Shown here: positions 50,470 to 62,964 of the stretch, piece by piece | Layout: each line of letters begins with the position of its first letter | How positions within the stretch are numbered: position 1 is the stretch's first letter | Source of the DNA: Lama guanicoe | Lineage: Eukaryota | Assembly: GCA_013239625.1 (NCBI GenBank) | Contig: MU053810.1 | Coordinates: 5,178,071-5,242,070 of the forward strand | Reading direction: 5' to 3' | DNA: 64,000 bases | Translations under genes and position numbers: made by a program | Notes under the pieces: generated by a model | Told to the model about the DNA's origin: nothing | Seen by the model: the letters and a program-made list of their open reading frames with translations, nothing else | Database searches by the model: none

Positions 50470-52000
50470 TATTTAAAGTCTTACTCTTTATGGATATTCT
50501 CTCTTTGATGTGACATCTTCATACCTTTCTTCACTTTTTAAATTATAGTTTCCTTTTGTTCTTTGAACAGACTTATAACAGCTACTTTGAAGTCTCTTTC
50601 TGTTAATTCTACCATCTGTTTGCTCTCACAGGCTCTTTCTGTTGCCTGCCCTGGATCTGGGTCATACTTTCCTGTTTTTTTGCATGTCTTAAGAATTTTT
50701 GTGTTAGAAACTGGACATATTGTAGCAACTCTGGTACTTCCCTTCCTCCCCTGGTCCAGCACTTGCTGTTATTTGCCTGTTTAATTTTTTAGTGATTGGC
50801 TAGATTGCTTTAGTGAAGTTTCTTGAACCCCTTCCTCCCCCGACCCCACTTTCCACACACAGTGTGGAGCCCCTGACGTTGCTCTGGAGGGAAGCGCAGC
50901 ATCGGGGGTACCCAGTTGCCCTGAGATGACATGGGCTGGGCAGAGCTTTAGTCTTCTCTTTCCCTGACCATGTCCCCCTGTTAGGCTCCACTACCATGGG
51001 CTGAGTAATCGCTCTATCATTTCCCATGATACCCTAGAGGCATAAATTGCTCTATAGACAAAGCCAATCAGATTCAGGTTCCCTTGAAGGAAAAGTTCCT
51101 GAGGTCCCTGGTATTTGTTCTGACCCCAGGACAGGTCCACCTAGCCACCCCCATCCTCAACTCTTTTTGGAGAAATTAGCCAGCCTCCTCCCAATTACTC
51201 CGCCCTCACACACAATGTCCACTGTCCTAGAGAGCTCTTAAGCTTGAATTTCTCTACACTTTGCTGCAAATGAAACCAATTCCTCTGGGAAGACATGAGG
51301 AGCTATCAGTTTTAGGATCTGTTTCTCCCTCCAGACAAAATTTCTGAGCCAGGGCTCTGGAGCTGGGAGCAGAGATAATGGCACCCTTTCCTCTGAGTGA
51401 CACCCCCATTTTAGGAGTTGAGCACTTGGTGAAGGGGGGACAGTAGCCTGAGGTCTTCTCAGCTGACTACTCCTGGCTTTAAAAGCCAGACCAAGAGTGA
51501 TGGGGGCCCCAGTGCGGCACCCCTGGTAAAGCTACCTTCTACCAGTGGGGCTTAGGGAACCCCCACCACTCTACCACACTTGCTTACAACTTAGCCACCT
51601 CAACTGGAAGTTTTAGGCTGGATGAAAAATGCTGATGTACTGCTCCTGGGAAGAGAGCCCTCCAACTGAGAGCTGGCCCAGAGGAGCCCTGTGATCTTGG
51701 CCTCACTAGCCTGGAGGGGCATCTTTCTCTCACCAAACCCTGAGGGCCAGGAAGCAAATGGCTCAAATACCAGGGACTCCCTTTTCTTACTGAATTTTCA
51801 TAGATTTTCTTGATTACATGTTTTCCCCTTTGCTATTTGCCCTTCAGACCAGTTCTAGGGGTTGTACACGGCTGTTTTAAAGAGTTTCATGCTCTACCAA
51901 CTGAGCTAGCCTGGCGCCATATGTGGCTCTTTAAAAAAATAATTTCCACCGATTTCATTGGGAAACAAGTCTTCAGAGATGCTCATGCTGTCTTGCTGGA
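50470..52000 (-). mobile_element. Old L1M 5'UTR/ORF1-start remnant
   Basis: ORF 50538..50762 ends MVELTERDFKVAVISLFKE, resembling the L1M ORF1 N-terminus. The GC-richer block to the right resembles an L1M 5'UTR. Confidence 0.6.
51880..51915 (-). pseudogene. 5' half of tRNA-Lys(CTT), tailless retropseudogene
   Basis: Minus strand GCCAGGCTAGCTCAGTTGGTAGAGCATGAAACTCTT versus recalled tRNA-Lys-CTT nt 1-36 GCCCGGCTAGCTCAGTCGGTAGAGCATGAGACTCTT (3 mismatches). Ends at the anticodon with no T-arm. Degenerate flanking direct repeats. Confidence 0.8.
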
Positions 52001-53699
52001 CAATGACCTTCACTTAAATTTATTTGGACACTTCATATTTAAGATCTTTTAGAGCACCTTTTTGAGATTGTTTTTGAGTCAAATTTATGAGCGATAAAAT
52101 AATTAGCTCACGGTAACACTTCATATATAATGGAAATGGGCTTCAAACCACAACCATATTTTTAGAGTCAAACTAGCCCTCTGATCTAACAGTCTGGTAA
52201 CTTTGTGCTGTGTATTAGTTTGAATGAAGAAAACTTTAAACACCAAAAGAGAAAAAAAAAAAAGGGAAAATAATTCACTTCATATATTGAATTAAAGTTC
52301 CCATCAAATTCCAAAATAAACTTAAAATTAAATTAAATTAAATTAAGTTAAGTTAAAAAGTTATTTGGACATTCTATTGAGCACCTATGTGCCAGGTGCT
52401 ACACTAAGTGAAGGTAGTACAGCAGGGAACAAAAGGTACCACAGACTTTGAGTTTGTCATCTAAACTCAGGTGCTTGGCATATAAAGGAAACTCAATAAA
52501 CATCTATTCAATAAATGAATGGCTGCCAAATAAGAGTGGTTTTTTTTTCTTTGATTTTGTTTTGTTTTGTTTTTTGTTTGTTTTTTACAGGAGGTCTGGG
52601 GCATTCCTGGAACATCCTGCTAGCTGAGTTCGTGGACATTCAGAGGCACACGGATAGGTGCGTTATGAGGACAGTAGCCTTGTTCTGTCACAGCATTTGC
52701 ACAATATTTGTCTAACTTTATGAAAGGAGGACAGGTGGCAGTTGCCATCAAGATTCTCTGTTATTTTTTTTCCTCTGTCTTTGGGGACCTTCACTAAGGG
52801 TTAAATGTGGTAAACATGGTCACAGGCTCAGTAAGCACAAGGGCGTCTTCTTGGCATGGTCCTGGCAGGAAAAACCCTACTTGGGGTTGTGCAGCCTCAG
52901 AAGTCTGTCCTCATTTCCTTGGCATCCTCTAATTCACATTTTCTTCCAGCCTTTGACTATGTTCTTTTCAATGACCCATGATGCCACTGCTTCCTAATTC
53001 TCATGGTTCTCTTAGGGAAACATGACAGAAATGCTGGAGCTGAACTGTGGTATGAAAAAAATGAGGCATTCAGTCCCAGAAGGACGTCACTGCCACAGCT
53101 CTGACCCTAGCACTTCACAAGTGGAGGGGACAGTCTGATCAGCTGTCCAGGTGGCTTGTGTTCAGCAGGGTGAGGCTGAGCACACATTAGAGTTACAGGG
53201 AAGCTTTGTCAAAACACACGTTTTGTGTGGGTTGAAAAAGCTCTCCCCTGAAACACAGATTTAACTTCAGGAAACTAACTGATGTCCCTAGAAGCAGATC
53301 AAGGCTATGATTTCAGTGAATTCCCAAACAAGCATGTCCTGTCTCCAGCTCACTGTGTCTCTGTTTCTGCTCTGAACTGAGATGCACCTAGACCCAGTGA
53401 TAAGTAGGTTATTTCAGTGCCTGTGAGAAGTGCTAAATAAGCAACCCCGGAGATGACATCCTTCATGCACAAACTGGGGCAATGAGTCCCTTCCTAGGAC
53501 TTGAGAAAGCCAGGCTAGGGGAGGCTGCATTGGCTCTTGAGCAAACTTTCCCCAGAAGGACCAGGGTGATCTCCTGTTCGTATGACTTTGTTTTTACATA
53601 AAAACAGTTCTTCAAATGTATAGTGATATGTAATTTTATTTTTTGACTTTTCTAAGAATATAAACAAGTCAAAGAAGCTACTTTGTCCTTCAGATACTC

Positions 53700-54440
53700 A
53701 TTTAATTAATTCACTCAACAAGCACTCATTAAGGGCCAACTATAGGCCAGACACTGTACTAAGTACTAAATAAAGATGAGTAAGATACAGTCTTATCTCA
53801 GGCATTCCCATCTAATAAGGTTAATGGATCCATATGCATGTAATTACTATAGGAGAACATACAGGGAATGGTAGAGGAGTCTTTGGGAATATACAAGAGA
53901 TGAACTTAGTTCTGACTGGGTGAGGTGTTTCCAAGGAGGCTTCTTGGAGGAGGTGACACTTAAATTGAGTCTTTAAAGATGAGAAGGAATCAATCAGAGA
54001 ATAGAGGGTTGGATAAGGAATTAGGGGCATAAGGTCAACCTATGCACAGACACAGAGGTGAGACGGCTCATAGGGCGTTCCAAGAACTATAAGAGCTGGG
54101 TTAATTAGATCATTAAGAGCAAGATGAGGCACAAGAAATAGATGGTGCTATCCTGGATAGCCTTTCCATGGCTCATTAAGGAGCTTGAACCTTTCTGTCT
54201 AGGCAAAGAGGAGCTCTTGGAGCATTTTATACAGTGAGGGGGCATGGTCTGATTGTTGGCTTTGGGAGGAATGGGTGGGGGAATTGAGGACAATATTTAA
54301 GGCAGAGAAACGAGAAGGCTGTTAATTAATAAATGGATAGGAAGGGTTAGATTTGAGAAACAGCTTGGAGTTATAGTCTGTAAGAATTGGAGATTGATTG
54401 CGTGTAGGAGTGTAGGGGAGGGAGTAAATCATAGATGGTC
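53700..54440 (-). mobile_element. L2 fragment
   Basis: attcactcaacaagcactcattaagggccaactataggccagacactgtactaag...ggaggcttcttggaggaggtgacacttaaattgagtc, a reverse-oriented L2 3' region. Confidence 0.65.
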
Positions 54441-55619
54441 AAACCAAGGGTCCCATTGTCTGCCTCACCTTAAGAGAGCTGTGATAAGGTACCTGTGCCC
54501 CTTCTTACTGCCCCAAATAACATGGATTGCAAATCACAGCGCCTGGAAATGTATCTTTTTATGTCTTCATGTCTTAAAGATTCTTCCCCCCCAACCAAGA
54601 ACCCCATAATAAAATGTAAAACTGAGTAAGAGGCAAATATCTTTAAAACTTGCTAATGTGTTAGTTGATAAACAATTGTTCAAATTGTTGAACTGAGATC
54701 TTTACAATTATGATTGGATTACATAAGGGTATAATTTGGGGACATTTTTCTTCCTCTGGGGACTTTTCACACCTGAAACTTTTAACAGATCTTTTTTGGT
54801 ACTTTTTTTGAGGGGATCAGATGAAGATGGAAAAGCAAAGGTATGTTGCCCTTAGCAACACAACATGAGCTATCATAGCACCACTGGGCAAAAAGAGCAA
54901 CTTAAAGGACACAGACCTGTAGCAGAAGGTCCACCCACTTTGGCTCCAACTAGCATGCAGTGGGCCAGCATTTCAAGACTGGAGTAGAAATCTGCCTTAA
55001 GTGTAGGGTAAATTAATTAATCCAATAAATGTTCTCTAAGCACCTTCTATGTACAGTACGAAGACAAACTTGGTCTTTGTTCTCCAGAGACTGCATTCTA
55101 GTTGGAGGCCTCAGAGAGAGACAGAGAGAGACAGAAGGAGAAAGAGGAGGGAAGAATTTCAGGTAGTGCAAAATGCTGTGAAGAATGTAAACCAAGATAA
55201 ATGAGTAGAGGACTGGTGAGTGACTGCTGGGGCCGAGCTGGTCTGGAGAGGGTACACTGCTCACACAGTATGATTTTAGCACCCTACGTTTCCAGGAGCA
55301 TTGCTGACATCTGAAGTGGATCATATTTTAACAACCATCTCCTCTATATAACAAAACTGTTTTCAGTAATAATTGTAAAAGCGAAAGAAGAAGAATGCCA
55401 TCTAGAAAAGAAACATAGTAGAATTTCCCTCTTCTTGAAATTTGTTTATATCTTCAGACCAATAAAACAAAACAAAAAAGCCTAAAAAAAAGTATTACAG
55501 TACAAAAAAGGGGGGAAAAGCACAACTATTCAATAGATTTTATATCTACCTATCAGTTCAAAGTTTAGTGCTTTGGCTACAGTCTGATATATATAGCAAT
55601 ATTTTATGTAAGTGATTTT

Positions 55620-55956
55620 CCAGTAATAAGTAAACAAATATTATATCATTTCACAATATATGCACATATTGAAACATTATGTTGTATACCTGAAACTAAT
55701 GTTACATGTCAACTATATCTCAAGAAAAAAGATATTATTAAAATTAAGTAAAATATTTCATGTATACAAATGTCCATCAACAGATGACTGGATAGAGACG
55801 ATGTGGTACATATAGACAATGGAATACTACTCAGCCATAAAAAAGAATAAAATAATGCCATTTGTAGCAACAAGGATGGACCTGAAGATCATCATTTCTA
55901 GTGAAGTGGGCTGGAAAGAGAAAGAAAAATGCCATATGATATCACTTGTATGTGGA

Positions 55957-56001
<45 letters not shown>

Positions 56002-56012
56002 CACAAATGAAC
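55620..56012 (+). mobile_element. L1 3' fragments
   Basis: atgttgtatacctgaaactaatg...caactatatctcaa-A tail, then caaatgtccatcaacagatgactggat...atggaatactactcagccataaaaaagaat (end of ORF2). Confidence 0.75.
55961..55999. repeat. (AAT)13 microsatellite within L1
   Basis: Directly visible. Confidence 0.95.
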
Positions 56013-58913
56013 TACTTATTATTTATAACTTAGATGATTGACTTCTTGAATATGTGTAAGCACATTTGACTGTCCTTTATGATTGGATTACCACATTCTG
56101 TTGATTCTTATTTTGTAGTTGGGTTTATTCCTTTGATAACTGTAAGTTTAAAAAGCTAAAGCTCTAATCTGTTCTTAGAAACAATGATCAGTATGTACAT
56201 GCAAACAAAAAAATGTACAGAACATTGTATATATGTATTTACATGCAATATAATGTATATGTGCAAACTGTAATAATTCTACCTAATAAAACTGAAAAAG
56301 GAAAAAAATATTTCATATATAAATTAAAATTTACATCTTCCAAAAAACAGATCACTCATAGTTCTCACTGTGTTGCTGTTTTAAAGTTTAAGTATTAAAT
56401 TAAAAAAAAAATCCCTTCAAGTGGTCCCACAGAGTGACAGGATTGAAATTCAAATCTGCCTTTACAATCATTGTGCTATCAGTGTTTATTTAGAACCCCC
56501 TGTTTAAATGCAAGAACATGTAGAACATTGGAGATTGCAGACAGGAGCTTCACCCAAAATAAACACGAGAGATTCTGAACTGGGCAAAATGTACTCTCTG
56601 AAGGAACACGAGTCACAGAGAGGGCAGGTGCTGGGGGCTATATAACTGAGATCCCTACAAGTTAAATTCTGTATAGAATATAATGTGTATAAAAGAATAA
56701 GAAAATGTGATCATTTGACACTCATATATATTATTAATACTCAACAACAAACTGCAACAATTGCTTACAACTGAGACCGGATGAAGATTCTGGGGAGAGG
56801 GAAAGAGGTATTTTATCAATGACATTGTTTAAAATTGCTGGTGAAGGTGATAATAAAAGTAAACCCATTTTGGTCAGATTTCTTATTGCTTTTAAATTCT
56901 CTACAGACCTGGTGCCGCCTTATTGCCTGTACCCTGGGCTTGAGGGCTCCCCTTGTTCCTCTACCCTGACTGGCCACTGGATTGTCCCCAGACTCTACTC
57001 TCTCCCAATTACCTGGTGCTAAAAATTTTCCAGGTCCTTTCATTAGGTTGGTGAAAGGCTTTTGGGATGCAAATATCCTGGAGTAGCATTGCTTGGTCCT
57101 CATGATCATTTTCACTTGAATCTGGGTTTATCAGAGCCTGTCCTGGGAGTTCCATCATTCATTCTTCCCTTCATTTATTCAGCATGTTCAATCATCCCAC
57201 GATACGGGCCAATGACTATGGCTGGGCTGTGTCCTAAGGGAAGGTGCGGTCTGGTGAGAGAGAGGGACATTGACATTCAGCACGATCACGATCGGGGCTC
57301 TGTGAGGGCTGATGGAGGGGCTGCTAACGGTGCAGAAACACCCCCGGGGAAGGCGGGAGCTGAGGCCACTGAGCGGCATCCTTAGAGCATGTGTTTGCAG
57401 CCAGAGGCACGGTGACCGCTGGCTGTGCCTCACTGCAGAGGTGGCTTCCGCAGGAGCTGAATATGAAAAGACTCATTTCCGCTGCTGTGGGAGACAATGA
57501 AGAGGAAAGCGTCTCATCAGTGTGGGGAGGAGTGACCGCGAGATGGTATGATTCTCTGGAGGAAAGGCAGGACCACCTCTTCCTGGCCGAACACCCCCAG
57601 CCTGCCTAATACCGTGACTCTCTTCAGCCTCCTCTTTCCTGAGGGAGGCTTTGCTCAGAGACGTGGCACAAACCTTTCACACAAATTTCCTGTTAATTAA
57701 CACACTGCTTCCTCTGCGAAGACAGCTGGCGAGGGTTTTCATGATCTGAGGTAACTGAGCTCCTGCCAAACTGCCTATCTTGTGCCTGTTTTGCATAATG
57801 TGCCTTGTCTGAGGTTGGACTTGGGTAGAGCGACTGGTTCTGGGACGCCCTCCCTCAGGAGCGGATTTTCTAAGCTGTGGTATGCGACTGGCTGCTTTCA
57901 GGGAGTCTGGTTCCTGGCAAGGCTGGAGCTGGAGTGAGGCAAGCTTGCCTTGTTTTATGAATCCTGGAGCTGTTTTTTGGGGGGCGTTCAGGGGGAGATA
58001 CAGAGGAAATGCGTTGAAATCAGAAAAGCCTTGAGAATCCTGTGACCAGTCATTTCAGGTCAGTGCTGGGCTGGACTCTGTGACCAGGAGCTTGGCCAGG
58101 AGAGAGAGAGACAGGCTCATCAGCATCTGAAAGCAGGGGCAGGGGCTCAGCCGAAGCCCGGCTCCCCACGCTTCAAGAGTTTGACGAGAGAAGCAGAGAA
58201 GCACTGTCAGACCTGCTCCCTCCTCCTCCTCAACATAAAAGCACAAGGGCGCCGCCTACTTGATAAAGGCCGGTTGAAAGGGGTGATGTGGTTGAAGTGA
58301 AGAGGGGCACATTGTCTGGGCCTCAGTTTCCTCCTCTGAAATATGGGTTCGTCTTTTGGACCTGTAGGGTCTCTCTTCGTGTGCTGAGCCTGAAAGTTCA
58401 GTCCGGCCCTGGGGTGGCGGGTGGGAGGAGCTCGTGGGTGAAAGAATGGGCTTGAGTCCAGGGATGTCTCATCGCCTCGCGTTCTGATGAGCAGAGGAGC
58501 TCTGAGGGGACGTGACTGTCGTTTTGTTCATGAAGGGCTTATTCTCACATTGAGGTGGTCACATATCGGGGCTTTGAAAAGAATGATCTCAAGGAGTTCT
58601 AACTGTGAAAACAAGACACGTACTGATGACAAATGGAAAACCATTCAAGACTGAAAAGCAGCTTCCGTCTGAGCCCTCACAGGGAAGCTTCGGGCGAAGG
58701 AGTGTCAGCTGAGTGTGCAGAGGGGCAGGTGCTCAGAGTTCACAGAGGGACTGATGACAGCGTGCTGACTCATGGCTCAGGAAGCAGCCACCAGGTAACA
58801 CTTCCAGGGCTCTTTGGGGGAAAACAGAAGTGGCAGGTTGGGAAACTGGATGAATCAGGCCAAGGTCATGGGAGCCATGTCTTCTAACAAGGATTTAAAA
58901 AAGTGTTCCTCAG

Positions 58914-59525
58914 GAAACTCTTAATTCAAAGAGATATATTCACACCAGTGTTCACAGCAGCACTGTTTACAATAGCCAAGACATGAAAGCAACCTAAATG
59001 ACCATCAACAGATGACTGGATCAAGAAGATGTGGTATAAAGATATACAATGGAATACTACCCAGCCATAAAAACAAATGAAATCATGCCATTTGCAGCCA
59101 TATGGATAGACCTGGAGATGACCATCCTAAGTGAAGTAAGTCAGAAAGAGAAAGACAAATACTATATAATATCACTTACAGGCAGAATCTCAAAGATGAC
59201 ACAAGGGAACTTATTTACAAAACAGAAACAGACTCACAGACATAGAAAACAGACTTATGGCTACCAAAGGGGAAAGTGGATGGAGGAGGGATAAATTAGG
59301 AGTTTGGGATTAGCAGATAGAAACTATTATATATAAAATAGATAAACTACTATATATAAAATAGATAGATATAGCACAGGGAACTATACTCAATATCCTG
59401 TAATAAACCATAATGGAAAAGAATATGAAAAAGAATATATATACGTATAACTGAATACTTTGCTGTACAGTAGAAATGAATACAATATTGTAAATCAACT
59501 ATACTTCAATAATTTGAAAAAGAAC
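58914..59525 (+). mobile_element. 5'-truncated L1 (ORF2 C-terminus + 3'UTR) with TSD
   Basis: ORF 59049..59294 MEYYPAIKTNEIMPFAAIWIDLEMTILSEVSQ is the L1 ORF2 C-terminus. TSD AAAG(TG/CA)TTCCTCAG at 58900-58913 and 59526-59539. Confidence 0.85.
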
Positions 59526-62500
59526 AAAGCATTCCTCAGCCAAACACTGGGTCCTTTATCTCGGACAGCTAGGAGGGCCTTCGGGTCCAGGGCAGAGGTG
59601 AGAGAATGCAGAGAGTCTGTCAGGATTGGCTCTTGTGATGAATGGAATGAAACTGCAAGAGTTGCCACATTCGTGCCAACCTCCTGGCCCTACACACCTG
59701 CTCACAGGCCAGTGCTCCCATCCCCCACAGCGCTGTCTGCACTGGCTCACTAAGGGGCCCCTGATCCACTCAATCCAGCCCATGTCAAAGGATTCTGTTG
59801 TGGAAAGTGCATCTGGGTTCCTCTGGGGCTGAACAAGTCAGGACCTAAAATTGTTCCCTCAACTCTGCAGGGACACTCAAGTCATGTCTTATCTCTGCTT
59901 CCCTCTGGGTATCTGACTCTGCCCTTCTTCCATAGCCAGACATTCTCTGTTTGTCAAGGTGCATCTGGTTGGAAACCAGCTCTCTTAGCCTCTCAACTGC
60001 ACTGTCTGGGATGAGCCTCTCTGGGTTACGATTCTAATTCTCCAGGCAAAGCATCTCTTAGCTCATCCAGGGTCCCGTATCTAGCTCCAGTCCCATGAGC
60101 TGTGGACAGAGGACACCCTGTCCCTTCCCTGGGGCCTGTGGGGAACGCCAGTTTCCAGAGAAGGGAGTGTGGACAGAGCCTTTCCTCCAAGAAGCAAGAT
60201 CAGAGCCGGTCTCATCTTCTTAATTAGCCACCGGCAGAACAGTTTCCTCTCTGATTAAACTGTCAGAGATGAATTTCCGAGGCCAAGAACCCTGTCCTAT
60301 AGTCTTTTTTTCTGCAGTCCCATGGCCTAAGACCAGACCTGAAACGTGAACTGTGGAACATCTTAGATATTCTATCAACTTTGTAAATAGAGGCAGGGAA
60401 TGAACGGTCACTTGGGGTCGTCTGGCTAAGGAAGAGAGCAAGGAAGTCAGCAAAGAAGGTGACGCGTGTTCGGGCTTTATTTCTGATGCTGTGTTCCCAG
60501 CCCTGGAGGAGATCAAAATCCTCCGGCTTGAGAGCTGAGTGGCATTTGCTGTGATGTTCCTTTTCTTCACACACATTTCCTATTAATTAACACAATTCTT
60601 CCCCGGTGCATGAGCTGCCAGGGACCTGCAGAATCAGAGCTCTTTGAATATTGCCACACTGTGCATCTCGTGCTGACTTGGCGTGATGCTCCGCGTGTCA
60701 GTGCTGGCCATCCCCAAGGAAGTGACACCTGACTTCTGCTCTGACGGGAATCTCTCCACCTTTGCTGCTCTTCCCACATCACGGAGTTTACAGTCAATCT
60801 TTCCCAAAGTTCAGGACCAATTTGCACTCCTGAATAAGCTTGTCATACGGGGAAGGAGTTATCCTTTGAAGAAGAGTCCTGTCATGTTCAGCCCTTGGAT
60901 TGGGTGGGTGGGGGCAAGTGTTAACCACTACCCATTTAATAGAAACTCCATTTCTGTTGATTTCTGTTTCCAGTAACCTCCCCCTGCCCAAATTTATCAG
61001 AGTCTCCATTTACAGAAAGCCATCTTGTCCTTGTAATGGAGTCAACATTGGTGCTTGGCCTCAGTCTAGCCTGAGTACCCTGGGTCCTCCCTCTCATCCT
61101 TTTGGGGCGCAGTTCTCCCCAGCTTCACAGATCTGTTTTGCTCTGAGTGAAAATCCATAGTCTGAGGCATGGCGCCTAAGATTTCACACTATTAAAGTCT
61201 GGATTGCATGTAGAGGGGGAGGTTAGTGACTGGGTAGATTGCAAATCCAGCATTCTGTTCCTCTTCTAAAAATCAAACAAGTCTAAACTTAAAGATGTTG
61301 TCCTCGTTCATAGTCCTTTTGAAATAAAGTATGTTGGGAAGGGTTCATACAGGACACTCAGTTCATCTTTCTGGAGAATGTCCTGGTTTGGGGCATTTAA
61401 GGAAGGTGAGGTCATGGTCAGATGCTGAGATTTGCAGGGGCTGAGAGGGGAGGCATCCTGTGACTTTTGAGTGCATTTGGCTTCTATCGCAAACACATTT
61501 TTAAAATCTCCTTTTAAAAAACATAAATTTTCATACTTATAATCTATCATGAAATACAAGATAGTGCTTTTTTGGATGTGTTGCGGATGTTTTAAAGTTG
61601 TCAGAGTTCTCATAATTGTTGGCTGCACAAATCTGCCTGGACATGTGTTTTTTATTAAGACATAATCTCACCCATCATCCATTCATGACACGTTACTGAC
61701 TCTGCTCCCTCTGTTAGCAGCTGGGAAGAGATGGAAAGTTGAATTGGAAACAAATTTATATGCTCATTTAGCTCAGTTAATTACCTGCTGAAATAATGCC
61801 CCCAGTGCTTAATGGGTGCCCCTCTTGATAGATAAGGCAGATGCCTGAGAGGAGGTGACGGCTCAAAAAGACACCTGGCTTATGATAATGTTTGTCAAAA
61901 CACAGGAAAAAGCAGGTTGGAATATTCTATCTGCCAACAAACTAGATCCTGCCAAGCCTGGAGGCAGTTGACTGACAGCCTGTTAAAACTGAGGCTGGTT
62001 ACATAATAATAGGACCATTTTGTATTCTTGATAATGCTAATGTATGCAAATTTACCGGTAATAGATTCCCTTAGAATGCCCTGGACACGAGGGCGGACTG
62101 TGAATACTAGTGAAGCTGGAGAACCTTGGAATGGAATCTGAAGCTCTTTGAGCAACTGTACAGGATGCATACATATGATTTTTAAAAAAAATTTTAAATT
62201 ATCCACGTTGTGCTTTCAGTTCTATTAATTGACAGCACCACTGTCAACTTTCTGAGGCCACTTCTCATTTGCACTGTTTTATTTTGTTTTCTAATGAAGA
62301 GCTCATGTAAATAATAGAGTATACACTTCTGGTCTTTTAAAAGTCTGCCTGAAGTTGATTCCGAGCATCTGCATTTTCTTTTCCTCAGTTTTTCCAAACT
62401 TCCTGAAGATCATTCTACTAAGTCAAAATCATTTACCTTCCTAAGATTGCTGGGAAGTCTGCTGAAGTATTGTCCTTCCCAGTTTGGAGAGGGGATCTTG

Positions 62501-62804
62501 GGGTGCAGAGAAGTTGTGACTTCCACCCAGCTGGCATTGGAGCAACAGGTGGACTCTGCTGCTGTGATTTCCAGTTGTTACGGAAATGACGGGCCAGCCA
62601 AGAAACAAGCACCACTCGGAGAGTTGGAGTACTCAGATTTATTACGCCGGCGGGCTCAGAGGGGCTTCTGCTCCGAAGCTCTGAGCACCTCCAAGACGTG
62701 CACGTGAGGTTTTATAGGGTTAATTACAAGTATGGGGCTATTAGCCAATACGATCGGTTCAAAAAAAGCAAGGAATCAGTACACTGGAGCTTATCAATTT
62801 GGAA

Positions 62805-62964
62805 CAGATCACGTTACTGACACTTGTGAGCTTGGATTTACGAGTTAGCTCGTTAGCCCAAGAGACTGACACTAAACTTCAGATTTATGAGTTAGCCCAG
62901 CAGAGCTCAGATCAGTAATCCGACACTTGTTGCACTTAGATTTGTGACTCAGCTTGTTAGCCCA
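62805..62964. repeat. Degenerate three-unit tandem repeat
   Basis: Units of the form GACACT...GATTT...GTTAGCCCA end at 62860, 62899 and 62964. Confidence 0.7.

Noticed and set aside
59049..59294. 81-aa ORF MEYYPAIKTNEIMPFAA...
   Set aside because: L1 ORF2 C-terminus of a 5'-truncated element.
62805..62964. Repeat-spacer-like pattern as a CRISPR array
   Set aside because: Eukaryotic DNA, irregular degenerate units whose interiors are also related, and no cas genes.
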